From Eledone cirrhosa (lineage: Eukaryota): a stretch of 64,000 nucleotides of DNA. Under the pieces are notes generated by a model. That model searched no databases and was not told the DNA's origin. It saw nothing but the letters and a program-made list of their open reading frames with translations. The first letter of the stretch is position 1, and every line of letters starts with the position of its first letter. The DNA is taken from positions 257,672,001-257,736,000 of the forward strand of contig OZ024742.1 in assembly GCA_964016885.1 (NCBI GenBank), written 5' to 3'. Positions 37,925-51,506 of the stretch are shown piece after piece. A program made the position numbers and the translations under genes.

Positions 37925-40068
37925 CACAGATAGATACATAGGTAGATAGATACAGATATGTGTGCGTGTATTTTCCTACGTATGCACCTTAACAAACAAC
38001 TATATGTGCCTATTTATGTGAATAATGTAAATATATTCAAATTTAAGTATTTTGCAAGCACCAGATTGCTATCGTTCGTCTAAGATATATACGTGTTAAT
38101 TCCTGCTCGTTGATTTTCCTTAATTTGCCTCTTTAGATGAAAATATACTAGTTTTGTTGGTATTTTCTTTATTACATAGTTCTCAAGCAGTCATAGAACA
38201 GGCACATGTGTTTAGTAAATTTATATTGTTTTTCTTGTTGTTTATTTTGATAGCAGGTGGCAAATAATAATGATGTATTAAAATTATCTCAGAATATAAA
38301 CATTGTTTATATCTTAGAATCGAATCGTATTTATATATTTAGAATTAAGAACGAATTAATATGTGGTATATGGTAAGATTAAATATATATGAAATACATG
38401 ATGCTACATTTTTTTCCTGAAATGATGAAATACAACACTTACAACAAAGCATTAATTTTCAAATAATTTTAAAATAATCACATATTTGAAAGGATTTACT
38501 AACTTCTTCATTATTAGGTTCGTGGTTATAGCGAAATTTAATAGTTTTTACAAAACAATGTGAATGAGGGTATATAGATAAATATAAAACCGTTTTTTTC
38601 TTTGTTATATTTCCCAAGGAATGTATATATGTGAAAATAAAATTGGGTGCATGAAAGATATCTTAAAAGTATGATGCGATTTTTGTTTCATATAAACACT
38701 TTAAATTCTAACCATTCTCTATCTTATAGAAGGTTGCAGGTAGTTTGATATATAAGGTGTTTGATATATAAGGTAGTTTGATATATAAGGTGTTAATAAC
38801 TTTTAAGACAACACACAAGACGTAGCAGAATGTTTTAATAACTATGCATATATTAAATATATTACACATATCATAATAAATGTTTATTCATATTTTATAT
38901 AAGGTTTTGTTATTTCAAAATATCTGATGGTGCCATAGCATATTTCATTGATAAAGTATCTTCTCGTGTAAATATTGGATACAAAATATGGTTTGTTAAT
39001 GGTTCATGAAGGTGTTGATGTAATTTTAATGCACGTCTTAATGTAAAGTTGCCATGCCTCTATGTAATCATCTCTTCTGCCACTCATGTCACAGAAAATC
39101 CTAACAAAATTAATCTTCAGAGCGAAAAATTATTAATATCTATGTAAAGAAAGAACTAGAAATATTGTTTAGATTTTACATGAATTTAGCAACATAGGAA
39201 ATCGGCTATTATCGTTTTACACGATCGCTTCATAGCAAACAGTTAATCAACGTTATATATTTATGATTCCTGTAAACGATTGAGTAAATAATTTCGATAT
39301 AAGATGTCATATTTCTTAGAATTATACGTGAATCCCATAAAAGATGTAATAGAATTATGTATAAATAAAGGCTCAACTTTGCTTGTCACTGAATATATAA
39401 AACTGTTTGAGGAATATCAGCGAATAATTCTGGGAATTCTGATATAACGGAATAAATATTGCTATTCTTTGACATGTTTATAACCAAGTTATCTAATATT
39501 AATGTGCTTCAGGTTTTTTATGATCTGTTAAAATGGTGGCAGATATAGTTTGCACACATTTCGCAATTGCTTCTAGTTACGTGTACAAAAAGAGCCTAAA
39601 CTGTTGACAGTTCTAATTCCTAAATTTAGAAGCGAAAATAAAACTACAAAACAAAACAATGGAACGTGTTTTACCGACATTTGTAGTCACTATAGTCTTG
39701 CCAAGAGCAAAAAAGGAACTACATAAATGTGCAAATATGACTGCGAGATTAAGGGGTTTGCCTCACAAATATGTAATTTCGAGGCTAAGCGCACTACATC
39801 TACTTTTGCACAACTGACTTCTCCCATAATCTTCGTAAACACAATCTGATAATGCACACGGACATAAACACGCGCAAATCCATACCAGAACAAACACACA
39901 CGTATAGAGAAATACAGACATACATATGTAGGGGAATTCACACCAGAGAAAATGCACCCACACACCAACACACGATTGATTTTCGATCCAATTGAATATT
40001 CAGAAGTATCAAAATGCATAAATCTACATACAATTGAGAAGAAAATCTCTTACGTAGATATTATGTTG

Positions 40069-40126
<58 letters not shown>

Positions 40127-40246
40127 CTCTCCCCCCCCTCTCTCTCTCTCTCTCTGCTTCTCTCTTTCTCTGTCTCGCTCTCTCTTTCTCTCTCCCTACC
40201 TCGTTATATATATATATATATATTATTTTCATATATATAATAAATA

Positions 40247-40282
<36 letters not shown>

Positions 40283-40332
40283 AGTATGTATGTATACGTA
40301 CATACATATATGTATACAGACGTACAGTAGCA

Positions 40333-40423
<91 letters not shown>

Positions 40424-40581
40424 GCATACAGGTACACATACATATATGCACGCATCAGTTTAGCCGACGTTTATTATAACGCCGCTTTGTTCGTTTGTTT
40501 GTCAACAAACCGAACAGCCTGAATTTATGCCATACGGTGTTAAGGCAACCACGTCACCTTTTTGTTCAACACTGACACAGG

Positions 40582-40626
40582 AACGATGTACTAGTTTCAA
40601 GCTTGTTAGCTATCATCAGCACCGTT
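40582..40626 (-). ncRNA. Type I hammerhead ribozyme motif (inverted copy)
   Basis: Reverse complement of 40728-40772. Confidence 0.75.
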
Positions 40627-40727
40627 TACCCATCTGCCAGATAGTTGAACGTTCGAAAGTATATACTTTCCTTATGAAAGTATATAAGTATATACTTTCG
40701 AACGTTCAACTATCTGGCAGATGGGTA

Positions 40728-40772
40728 AACGGTGCTGATGATAGCTAACAAGCTTGAAACTAGTACATCGTT
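40728..40772 (+). ncRNA. Type I hammerhead ribozyme motif
   Basis: AACGGTG-CTGATGA-TAGCT AACA AGCTT-GAAA-CTAG-TA^CATCGTT. Cleavage after 40765. Confidence 0.8.
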
Positions 40773-40930
40773 CCTGTGTCAGTGTTGAACAAAAAGGTGA
40801 CGTGGTTGCCTTAACACCGTATGGCATAAATTCAGGCTGTTCGGTTTGTTGACAAACAAACGAACAAAGCGGCGTTACAATAAACGTCGGCTAAACTGAT
40901 GCGTGCATATATGTATGTGTACCTGTATGC

Positions 40931-41013
<83 letters not shown>

Positions 41014-41125
41014 TGCTACTGTACGTCTGTATACATATATGTATGTACGTATACATACATACTTACATTTAAGTAAGTGCCATACTAAGAGTGAGAAATG
41101 GAATTTCGTTTTCATTTTTTTTCAA

Positions 41126-41192
<67 letters not shown>

Positions 41193-41249
41193 TTATATAT
41201 ATTTGTTTTGCAAGTTTTTTTCATATGAAATGGTGTGTGGAAACAAATA

Positions 41250-41720
41250 TTGTTATATTTGGGGAGGGTTATATTGTTATAAAATTTCCAGAAATAATAA
41301 AACACACTCACTGTTTGGTTTGGGTTAGTTTTCGCTTCTGTATCTTTTATATCTCCATAGTTAATTTATCTGGAAATCAATGTTTATCATTGATTATCCA
41401 ACGTTTAAACATACCGCTATAAATATATATAGTGTATCAAAGTTCTTTCGTTACACATCTGTGACATCACCAGTGGTACTATTATCTTCCCTCCGGTTGT
41501 ATTGTAATGGCTACGCCATTTTTATTTCATATATTTATTTATTCTTGTCTCTGTCTCTTAAACACACACTAGTGAACAAAGATAGAATACAAAATCACAT
41601 ACACTCAAACACGAACACTCACACCAAACAAGAATCACACACGCAAATGCAAGCGCAAATAGAAACAGAGACAAGAATAAATAAATAAAAAAAATAAAAA
41701 TAGCGTAGGCATCACAATAC
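41250..41720 (-). mobile_element. 3' end remnant of a second PLE family, with an internal inversion and a decayed HHR
   Basis: Homologous to 58840-59300. Inverted repeat 41511-41553/41664-41708. HHR-like motif at 41434-41479 on the minus strand. Confidence 0.55.
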
Positions 41721-43298
41721 AACATGAGGTAGTGTACAACTGAAACAAATACACCTGCCCACTCGAAAAAAATGTTTGATAGACAACAAGGTATAAAAAT
41801 GAGGTGTCGTATCAAGTAACAACTAAAAAACATACAGTGGCATGATTTCCAACAGATTTAATTTCTGGTGGCATGCCAACACTCACTCTTTTAGAAGACC
41901 GAGAGAAGCCAACTAAACTGCACCGGTGACCTAAGTATGTGACCTCAATAATACATCCATCACCTTCACCCTCAAATGCAAAATTTCAAGAAGGCGCGCT
42001 AATACATCGGCGAGGATAAGGGCTGTGGTTTATGTATCTCAGAGCGCGATGAGAAATTATTTTCCAAGAGACCTATCCTAAACAAACTCTCCGAAATCTG
42101 CCTGAATCCTGTATAATAAAACAAAACAACGCAACGTGTAATGCCACTTTTCAACATAGAATTATTTTAACGAACTATATTTGATTTGATTTGATTTTCG
42201 CCAACAAACCACATGTGGACATGGACGGGGAAAAAAAACTAAAACAAATCACTACATCCCTTAGGGATCGCAGTAAGTACTTCACAAAATCTATAAACAA
42301 CAATATACACACATATCTATATACAGATACATAAACACATGCATATACACACAAGTGAAAAGAAACCACACTATTTCGTGTGAGACACTATACTGGCCAA
42401 TCTTACGTAATTTGTAAAATATTTCTGAACATTGACTTCACTTCTAACCCACATACACATTTTCATTATATATATATATAATTATATATTCGTGTGCAGA
42501 TCTTTTTGTATACACACACACACATAATACATAGGAAAACAGAAACAGAAATACAAAAACAAAACGTAAACAAACATTTATCTCGTTAACTTACGTAGTA
42601 TATTTATTTGTTTACATGCGCAGATACTTTTGTACACAAACGCAATATTTAGGAAAACGGAAACAAAAATACACAAAAAAAAAACAAAACAAAAAACAAA
42701 CATTTTATTTCGATCGTAATCAAGTCTGCTAAACCTATATTGTTTACATTCTGTGTTTTTCTACGGATGGGCAGAAATAACAAAATTGCCATGTTGATAT
42801 CCATGGATGAAGTATGCGACAAAACTGGTCGATGTTCCAAAATAGAACTTTGCCCAGAAAATAACACCTGCCATATTTGTACGGAACGCGAAAACTCGTT
42901 CCGTAATCGCTGGGTTGAATGTGGAACCTGTCGCATCTCTGTCAGCCTTTAATGCGCCACAGGCATCCGGAGGAACCCAGGCCAAAAAAAGAGTATCGTA
43001 TTGCTATGATGGATGGACTCTGGCAGATGGTCCAACTAAAATCCTGGTCTTTTTAGTGCCTGGTCTGTGTGCCTGCCTCCACCAATATTATTGAAAAACA
43101 ACAACAACAACAACAAAAGCCGATGACTGTATCTTCGTCTACCGTTGTTACTGAACAACGGCAAAAAACCTATGACACTGGCTTCTGCTGCTATTCCTGT
43201 GGAAGAACATCAGAAACAACAACTCATGTCTTCCGCTCCCAGTACATATCGACACCAACAAACGACGACTGTGTCTTCCCCTACCATTCCCGTGGAGG

Positions 43299-43332
<34 letters not shown>

Positions 43333-43414
43333 GCAGCAACATCAACAGCAGCAGCTGCAGCAGCAACACCAACAACAGCAACAACATCAACAACAAAAAC
43401 AACAACAACAACAA
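43299..43414 (+). repeat. (CAA/CAG)n trinucleotide tract in the CR1 ORF1 region
   Basis: Direct reading. Encodes poly-Gln in ORF 43145-43786. Confidence 0.9.
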
Positions 43415-44927
43415 TCGACCAGTACAGATTTTGCAGATTTGCAACAAATGATTCCTGCTTTAAGAAGGGAAGTAACAGGAATAAAAGCAAGCATTCGGGT
43501 AGGACCCCACAATGAGGGGTCTTATCGGAATGCCTTGCTAAAGAATCTCCCTGTACTTCTTGCCGTATCTGAGCACACTGAGAAGATTGCGGAATCTGCT
43601 ACCCATGAAGTAATTGCCAATGAGGTACCAGAGGACAAGGCTGATCTTCAGGCATTTGCTGTCAGCTCAGCCAAAGACCTAGGCTGTGTTACCCCAAAGG
43701 GTGCTCTCTGCCTTGGTCCACCTGGTCCAAAACCCAGCCTCATCAGGCTGTCTTTTTCGGACCCCGCTGAGGCAATTTCATATTAAAGCTAGGCGTAAAA
43801 AACGGATTACCTTCCGAACACGCCCAGGCCTACCACCCAATGTACGTCCAAAGCTACGTGCTGCCGCTTCCTTGAATCGGAACTCAGCACAACATGAAAG
43901 TTTTATTCTGCGTGATGATGGGCAGATCTGGAGGTTTGTTAAGGCTGGTGAAACGTGGAAGAGAGATACTAGCTGGTCTGAGTGTGCTCTACCCACAATA
44001 ACTGGCAATGAAAAAACTGCAACAACTCTGGGAAACTAAACCAGAACAACCTGCCATCCTCTACACACCATCATAAACTGCAAGCCGGGTACAATTTGTT
44101 GTCCTTAAATGCTCGCATTTTATGCAACAAGATACATCTGTTTAACTCCTACGTCAGAAGCATCGACCCTGACTTCATCACAGTCAGGGAAACATGGGCA
44201 CATTCCTTAATCTGTGATGGGGTTTTCAGCATTACCGGATACAACCTTTTCCGCAAGGACCGCATTAATCGCCGTAATTCCTTGCGTTGATTTGAATGAA
44301 TCACAAGAAGTTTTTTTTTGTGACATACATATGACTATGTCAACACTTCTGTTTGGTGTGGTTTATCCCCCCCCCCCCAAAAAAAAAAACTACCATCAGG
44401 GCACATAGCTTTGCGATATCCTCAGAGCTGCTGCTAGGGAAAAACAGCCACTTATGTGTTTATTGCAGGTGACTTCAATCATTCTGAGATCGATTGATAA
44501 ACCTTTCGTTGACCACAAAGTGCAAACGATTTCCTTGAGTTAGTGCTGGACTCAAACTGGTCACAAGTAGTCACCTCTCCAAAAGAGGTGACAACACCTT
44601 GGACCTGATCTTCACCACTACTCCTGAAGTGGTTATCAGTTATACTATTGAGAAACCTCTAGGCGACTATGATCATGCTATGATCATAGCTAATCTGGCT
44701 CTTGCGGGCAGCAACAAAAACCAGAACTATCTTCAATCTGCTTGCTTTGATTGGAAGAAAGCAGATTGGAACTTGTACTGTACTGAGCTACATCGCCCAA
44801 ACTGGCATGAGTTCTATAATTCTGGAGATGTGAACACTATACTCCAGAGCATCCTGAACTCAATATGGATAGCGTGTGAAGCATCGGTGCCACGTAAGCA
44901 GAAAAAAAACACCCCAAAAGTGCAATT

Positions 44928-46364
44928 TTGGAAATTTCAGCGGTCCGACTTGCCAGGAAAGAACGTCGGAACGCTGAATGGGAATACAAACTCCATAAAT
45001 CAGATGCCAACAGAAAAAAGCGGAATAAATCTTCCAACCATCTCAAGCAAGTGACAAAGAAGGCAGTGCTTGAATTTGAAGAGTGCATAGCAACCAATCC
45101 TGACAGTAAGGTGTTCTGGAAATATGTTCATTCAAAGCAGAGACCTCACTCTCCAGTTGGTCCTCTTCGCAATCCCCATAGAAGCCAGATCACTGACGAT
45201 CCCAAAGAATGCGCAGAACACATTGCTGAGTGCTATGCAAGTATTTTTACTGTTGAAAACCAGAATGTACAATCTCCACCATCTCTAACATCAAATTCCA
45301 TAAGAACTATGGAATTTACACCTGCAATGTTGCGACGTCACCTTAAGAATAAGCACAACTATGCCTTCCCTGGTCTTGATGCTGTTACATACCTGCTTCT
45401 CAAACGTGGCGGGTACTTCCTTTTGCACCAGCGTTTTTTATTCTTTCAATCCTGTCTCAACAATGGTGCTACTCCGGAGCAGTGGAAAACTGCCAGTGTC
45501 ATTCCCCTGTTCAAATGGGGTGACCGCACGTCACCTGTTAACCATCGTCAAGTCAGTCTTACTAGCTGTATTTCCAAACTGATGGCATCCTGTGTCAGAG
45601 AAACAATTTGGAACTTCTGGAGCTCTCACAGCCTCATCCGGCCCTCGCAGTTTGGATTTATCCCTAACTCCAGCTGCTGTGATCAGCTTATCGAATTCCT
45701 TGAAGACATTACCCGGATCACTTATAGCGACTCATTGGTGGATGTTGTTTACCTTGACTTCGCTAAGGCTTTTAATTCTGTGCCACACAAAAGACTTATG
45801 GCGAAACTCTCTGCAATAGGTGTGAGGGATGATCTTTTTAACTGGTTGAAATCCTTCATTCTCAGCCGAAAAAAGGTAGTCACGGTTCTAGGACAGCATT
45901 CTTCACCATATGAGATGTCAGCTGGTGTACCACAGGGATCTGTACTTGGTCCTCTTTTGTTTGTGGCATATATTAATGACATAGATGCCAACTTAAAGAA
46001 TGTCACGGTACTGAAATATGCAGATGACATCAAGCTGTACCTTGAAATCAAAAGGACTGATCCTGAAATCTACAACCTTTTCCTACAATCAGACCTGGAC
46101 AAAATGCAGCAATGGATCACAGACTGGCAACTGAAGTTGGCTGTGGACAAGTGTACCACCATGCATTTTGGGAGGAAAAATCCAGCGTCCACATACTCCC
46201 TCTACAACACTGATATCAAGAAGTCCTCTTGTGAACGTGACCTGGGCATTACTGTCAGCAGCGATTTGCGTTGGGCAAAGCATGTCTTTAACATTGTCAA
46301 GAAGGCTGAGGGTGTCTTGGCATCACTAAGCAAGATCTTTGTTAGCCGCTCTCCAGCCATTTAA
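44928..46364 (+). pseudogene. CR1 ORF2 reverse transcriptase segment
   Basis: 478-aa ORF with RT motifs, bounded by frameshifts on both sides. Confidence 0.85.
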
Positions 46365-47403
46365 AGCTGTCAACAGCTATGGTACGACCACACTTGGTAT
46401 TCGCATCATCAGTCTGGAACCCCTATCTTGCTCAGAACATTGACCTCCTGGAAACTGGTCAGAGACGTGCAACCTAGCGCATACACTCCATCAGACACCT
46501 ACCATACTCTGAACGCCTTGCTTGCCTGGGGTTGGATTCATTGAAGCTCCGACGTCTGGCAATATACTTGGTAAACACCCACAAAGTTATTAACCATCTC
46601 GCCAACAACAACCCTGAGCACCTTTTTGATCTCCATGTGTCTAACACACGTGGACATGCCAACAAAATCAGAAAACAGCTCAGCTCCCATGACTTTCGGA
46701 AACATTTTTTCAGGCCTAGAGTTGCTGAAGCATGGAACAGGCTGCTTGCGTCAGTTGTTGGCTGCCGAGACACTGCATCATTTAAAACCCTCATGCTCCC
46801 CGAAATTCGCCAAAACTACACCTGATGTACCCCTTCCATACACATGCACACATGTGTATATCATGACTCATGCACTGTTCATTTTCCTGACGTTTGTATA
46901 TTACCCTATGACATACACCTTTTGATGAGTTGTAGTGCGCCCGAGCACTGTACACAATATTTTCATTGTTATTATATGAATCAGAAACATTTCCAGAAGG
47001 GTAGATTTTGACATAGTACAGAACTTTCTCCCTCTACCACCATCTGCACCCATCATTATCACCGCTTCATGATGTCTACGTTCGTGACCGTGATGTTTTC
47101 GATGGCTACCAACACTACTAGTAATATACATCTATATGTGCGTTGTTACATATATATTTATGTGTGTGCATCAACATATGTATGAAAATATATATATATA
47201 TATATTGATTCTCCGTTTCTTATGTGATATATATATATATATATATAAATATATATATATATAATAATAATAAAATGTGTAGAGGAAGCACAAAGTAAAA
47301 TATTTTGTTTTAATCATTTTCTAACTCAGAAAAAAAAGAGAGAAAGAAATATAAAAAGGGAAAAAAATATTGTTCTTCCTAATAATCGTCTCTTTCTCCC
47401 TGT

Positions 47404-47474
<71 letters not shown>

Positions 47475-47781
47475 CATATATTCATGTATGTATTTACATA
47501 TGTATGTATACATGAATGCGTATGTATACATATTTACATATGTATACATATTTACATATGTATACATGTACATATATGTACATATGGTTTCTGCCTGTAG
47601 GTGTGTATATGTGTGTGTATATATGTGTGTATATTTATGTATTTATATTTCCTGTAGCATGAATAAGTCGAATATTTTTTTGAAAAGCATGTTTTTCTGC
47701 CATTCTATCTGAAATTTCCATTAGCATGTTCTACTGTTTTCTTATTTTCGTAATGTATATCAACTCGTGTGTCACTTGGTT

Positions 47782-48109
47782 TCTCAGAAATAGCGATGTA
47801 TACATGAATATATGTATAGTATATTTGGCAATATACCGTGGGTTTAATTAAAAACATTTAGAATACCATACGCTATCAGTTTTAAAGTAGTGACTATGTC
47901 ACTTATTTCTTTTCGCGAAAGAAGGGAGAGACGCTGACAGTCTGTTTCACGCTGGTTGGCGTTTATCAGAGCCACGCACTCCCCAGCTTCCGCTGAAAAT
48001 TATAGAAGCTGGATTCTTATAGAATTCCAGTAATAATTAAGAGCTGATTATACACAGCTTCCCTCCCTTCTTTGTGTGTGTAACCGGTGTATATAGGTCG
48101 CAGACACCC

Positions 48110-48111
<2 letters not shown>
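47782..48111 (-). mobile_element. HHR-bearing repeat, family D, second copy
   Basis: Shares GAAATAGCGATGTAT, TTTAAAGTAGTGACTATGTCACTTA and CTTATAGAATTCCAGT...AAGAGCTGATT with 27.7-28.5 kb. Abuts (TA)n. Confidence 0.65.
47924..47984 (-). ncRNA. Type I hammerhead motif (core CTGATAA)
   Basis: Minus strand GGGGAGTGCGTGGCT-CTGATAA-ACGC CAACCA GCGT-GAAA-CAGACTG-TC^AGCGTCTCTCCC. Confidence 0.6.
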
Positions 48112-48204
<93 letters not shown>

Positions 48205-48214
48205 AACCAGTAAG

Positions 48215-48308
48215 ACCCCGACAGCTGAGCTCAAGCCGTTTCGACGGCTAATTCTGGACTAAATGAAAATTTATCCTGGTATTTAAATAGCCGATCTTCT
48301 CAAGGGGT
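48215..48308 (-). ncRNA. PLE pLTR hammerhead ribozyme (inverted copy)
   Basis: Reverse complement of 51228-51321. Confidence 0.8.
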
Positions 48309-51227
48309 AATTCCATATATGGTCAAAGTGATTGTCAAAAATCAGTAGTAATTCTGTGGTTGCAAATTAGTAGGGGAGATGGTGACTAAACCTGCCAGTA
48401 GGAGAAAGAGGGGAGGGGGTGGAGTAGACCCAATCAAGCGTTGGTAGTGCCAGCTACAGCTGGGCATGAGGTCAAAAATGATACAGGGGAGGGGGAGGGG
48501 GAGGAAGTCGGAACGGTAGGTAGAACAATGGGGGGTAGAAATAGGAAAGAAAAAATACTGAGAGTGAAGAAAAGCAAATAAGTGTAAAGAAAAAGAAAAA
48601 AAAAGAAAAAGTAAAGTAAATTAAATTCAACGACCTAGGTGTCAGGCTATTGTTAGGCGAGAATAAAATAAAGAAAGAAAGAAAGAAGTAAATAAATAAA
48701 TAAATAAATAAATAAGGAAATAAGTAAGAGAACTAGGTGTGACGGATAAGGCAAGGACCCTTTTAAGAGGTATAAGTACGTAAATGATACGGTGACGGGT
48801 CAACAAAAGGGGCCAAAATACTAAAGAGACTACCACGAAATAAACAATAAAGGTTTCCATCCCGGGCCAGCAACGACCCAGTGCAGCAAAGTGAACTTGT
48901 ACGAGATAATAATTCTGAGTCCCGGGAAAAATATATACTAATGCTAACTCTAAAAGATCTAAAACAAGCTACATGAAAGTTCGTACGAAATAAAGGTAGA
49001 ATACGGAGAAATAAATTCAGAATCCACCCCGCCCAGAAGAAAAGCGAAGCAAGAAATACTGAAACGAAAAAATAAGGCATAAGTGCCACTAAGAAATATA
49101 GAGGGCACAGAGAATAGTGGGAGCGGTCGGAAAAAGGGGGAAAGTATCCGGGGTCTAAGCCAACTGCTATAAAGGGCGGAGTCCACCAAATCTATCAAAG
49201 ACTAGGGGAGGGGGGGGGGTACTAAGGCTACATGGGGCCAAAGGGCAGCCTCGGGTGGGCGAGAAAAGACGCCGACAAAGGAGAAGAGCTGGGGTAGAAG
49301 GACAAAGGAGAGAGGGGGGAAGGAAATAAAGGAAGCGATAAAAGAATACAAAGAAGATCTTACGTCTTCCTTGGCAAGCAGGGGTTACCCATTGCAAAAT
49401 CGGCAACTGGGGTGTTATAGCCCCAGTCTACCCCCCCGGGTCATTATGGGGTTTGAGGGCGAGGTAAGTCCTACGCAATCTATGTTTACATGCAGTAACC
49501 AGTTCATCTTTCTTGTTTAGGAGTTGGTCCGTCGAAAACAGCATTTGTAAAGTTTCCTCCGAGCATAAATTGCACGGACGGCGTCCTCCCGTGTAAGAAT
49601 TGGCTCTGGACAGTAATCTCCAAGTGAGATCATAGGTGATGTTGTTGTCCTTGAGGTCCCATATGTGGCCCGAAAGTGTAGTGGCGTGACGCCGGGCCGG
49701 GTTTCGGAAGGTATGTCTATGTTGGTATAGCCGGGTCTTGAAGTCACATGCGGTAAGTCCTATATAGGCTTTGTTGGAGGTATCCGTCCTCACGTTGCAC
49801 TGGTAGATCACATTACGGTCTCTGCATCTATTGTCGAGTGGGCAAATAGATCTATCCGGGCAGTTACACCTCCTGGTCGGTTCTCCACTGCTAATTAGGT
49901 TATTTCTGCCATCGGAGATTACTGTCCAGAGCCAATTCTTACACGGGAGGACGCCGTCCGTGCAATTTATGCTCGGAGGAAACTTTACAAATGCTGTTTT
50001 CGACGGACCAACTCCTAAACAAGAAAGATGAACTGGTTACTGCATGTAAACATAGATTGCGTAGGACTTACCTCGCCCTCAAACCCCATAATGACCCGGG
50101 GGGGTAGACTGGGGCTATAACACCCCAGTTGCCGATTTTGCAATGGGTAACCCCTGCTTGCCAAGGAAGACGTAAGATCTTCTTTGTATTCTTTTATCGC
50201 TTCCTTTATTTCCTTCCCCCCTCTCTCCTTTGTCCTTCTACCCCAGCTCTTCTCCTTTGTCGGCGTCTTTTCTCGCCCACCCGAGGCTGCCCTTTGGCCC
50301 CATGCAGCCTTAGTAGCCCCCCCTCCCCTAGTCTTTGATAGATTTGGTGGACTCCGCCCTTTATAGCAGTTGGCTTAGACCCCGGATACTTTCCCCCTTT
50401 TTCCGACCGCTCCCACTATTCTCTGTGCCCTCTATATTTCTTAGTGGCACTTATGCCTTATTTTTTCGTTTCAGTATTTCTTGCTTCGCTTTTCTTCTGG
50501 GCGGGGTGGATTCTGAATTTATTTCTCCGTATTCTACCTTTATTTCGTACGAACTTTCATGTAGCTTGTTTTAGATCTTTTAGAGTTAGCATTAGTATAT
50601 ATTTTTCCCGGGACTCAGAATTATTATCTCGTACAAGTTCACTTTGCTGCACTGGGTCGTTGCTGGCCCGGGATGGAAACCTTTATTGTTTATTTCGTGG
50701 TAGTCTCTTTAGTATTTTGGCCCCTTTTGTTGACCCGTCACCGTATCATTTACGTACTTATACCTCTTAAAAGGGTCCTTGCCTTATCCGTCACACCTAG
50801 TTCTCTTACTTATTTCCTTATTTATTTATTTATTTATTTATTTACTTCTTTCTTTCTTTCTTTATTTTATTCTCGCCTAACAATAGCCTGACACCTAGGT
50901 CGTTGAATTTAATTTACTTTACTTTTTCTTTTTTTTTTTTCTTTTTCTTTACACTTATTTGCTTCTCTTCACTCTCAGTATTTTTTCTTTCCTATTTCTA
51001 CCCCCCATTGTTCTACCTACCGTTCCGACTTCCTCCCCCTCCCCCTCCCCTGTATCTTCTTTGACCTCATGCCCAGCTGTAGCTGGCACTACCAACGCTT
51101 GATTGGGTCTACTCCACCCCCTCCCCTCTTTCTCCTACTGGCAGGTTTAGTCACCATCTCCCCTACTAATTTGCAACCACAGAATTACTACTGATTTTTG
51201 ACAATCACTTTGACCATATATGGAATT

Positions 51228-51321
51228 ACCCCTTGAGAAGATCGGCTATTTAAATACCAGGATAAATTTTCATTTAGTCCAGAATTAGCCGTCGAAACGG
51301 CTTGAGCTCAGCTGTCGGGGT
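51228..51321 (+). ncRNA. PLE pLTR type I hammerhead ribozyme, U3-A8 variant with extended stem II
   Basis: Stem I ACCCC/GGGGT, core TTGAGAA, stem II GA(T)CGGCTA...TAGCCGTC, GAAA, stem III CGGCT-TGAGCTC-AGCTG. GTC cleavage after 51316. Confidence 0.82.
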
Positions 51322-51506
51322 CTTACTGGTTCCTATTACCCACTCTACTACCTCAAGTATTGAGTACTTTGGTGCGTTATGGTCCACCTGGTTCCTTACC
51401 ACATTTCCTTCGTTATCTAGCTCCTACTCCCGTAGTAGAGCACTTTCCGACCCTACCACGCCGTATCCAGACTTTTCCGCTAAGCTCAATTCATTTCACC
51501 CGCACC

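Larger units (their letters stand above)
40278..41128 (+). mobile_element. Non-autonomous HHR-bearing fold-back element, diverged relative of family A, in (TA)n
   Basis: Near-perfect palindrome centred at ~40677 with ~390-bp arms, plus a 64-nt tail (41065-41128) homologous to the family A tail (TACTAAGAGTGAGAAATGGAATTTCGTTT). Confidence 0.82.
42740..46980 (+). mobile_element. CR1-clade LINE, near full length, degenerate
   Basis: ORF1 region has a PHD-like CHIC...WVECGTC and a CAA/CAG tract. ORF2 APE motifs LSLNAR, ETW, GDFN, TLDLIF, DHAMI. RT motifs QFGF, VYLDFAKAFNSVPH, GVPQGSVLGPLLF, YADD, ERDLGI, and C-terminal RVAEAWNRL. Confidence 0.88.

Noticed and set aside
38910-39059. 50-codon minus-strand frame (RHGNFTLRRALKLH...DILK*) after an AG, a possible terminal host exon
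   Set aside because: No polypyrimidine tract, no recognisable homology and no partner exons. It would need RNA-seq or BLASTX support.
50129-50891. Short hydrophobic ORFs repeated three times in the PLE pLTRs
   Set aside because: They arise from the pyrimidine/T-rich 3' UTR, mostly with non-ATG starts. The repetition only reflects pLTR duplication.
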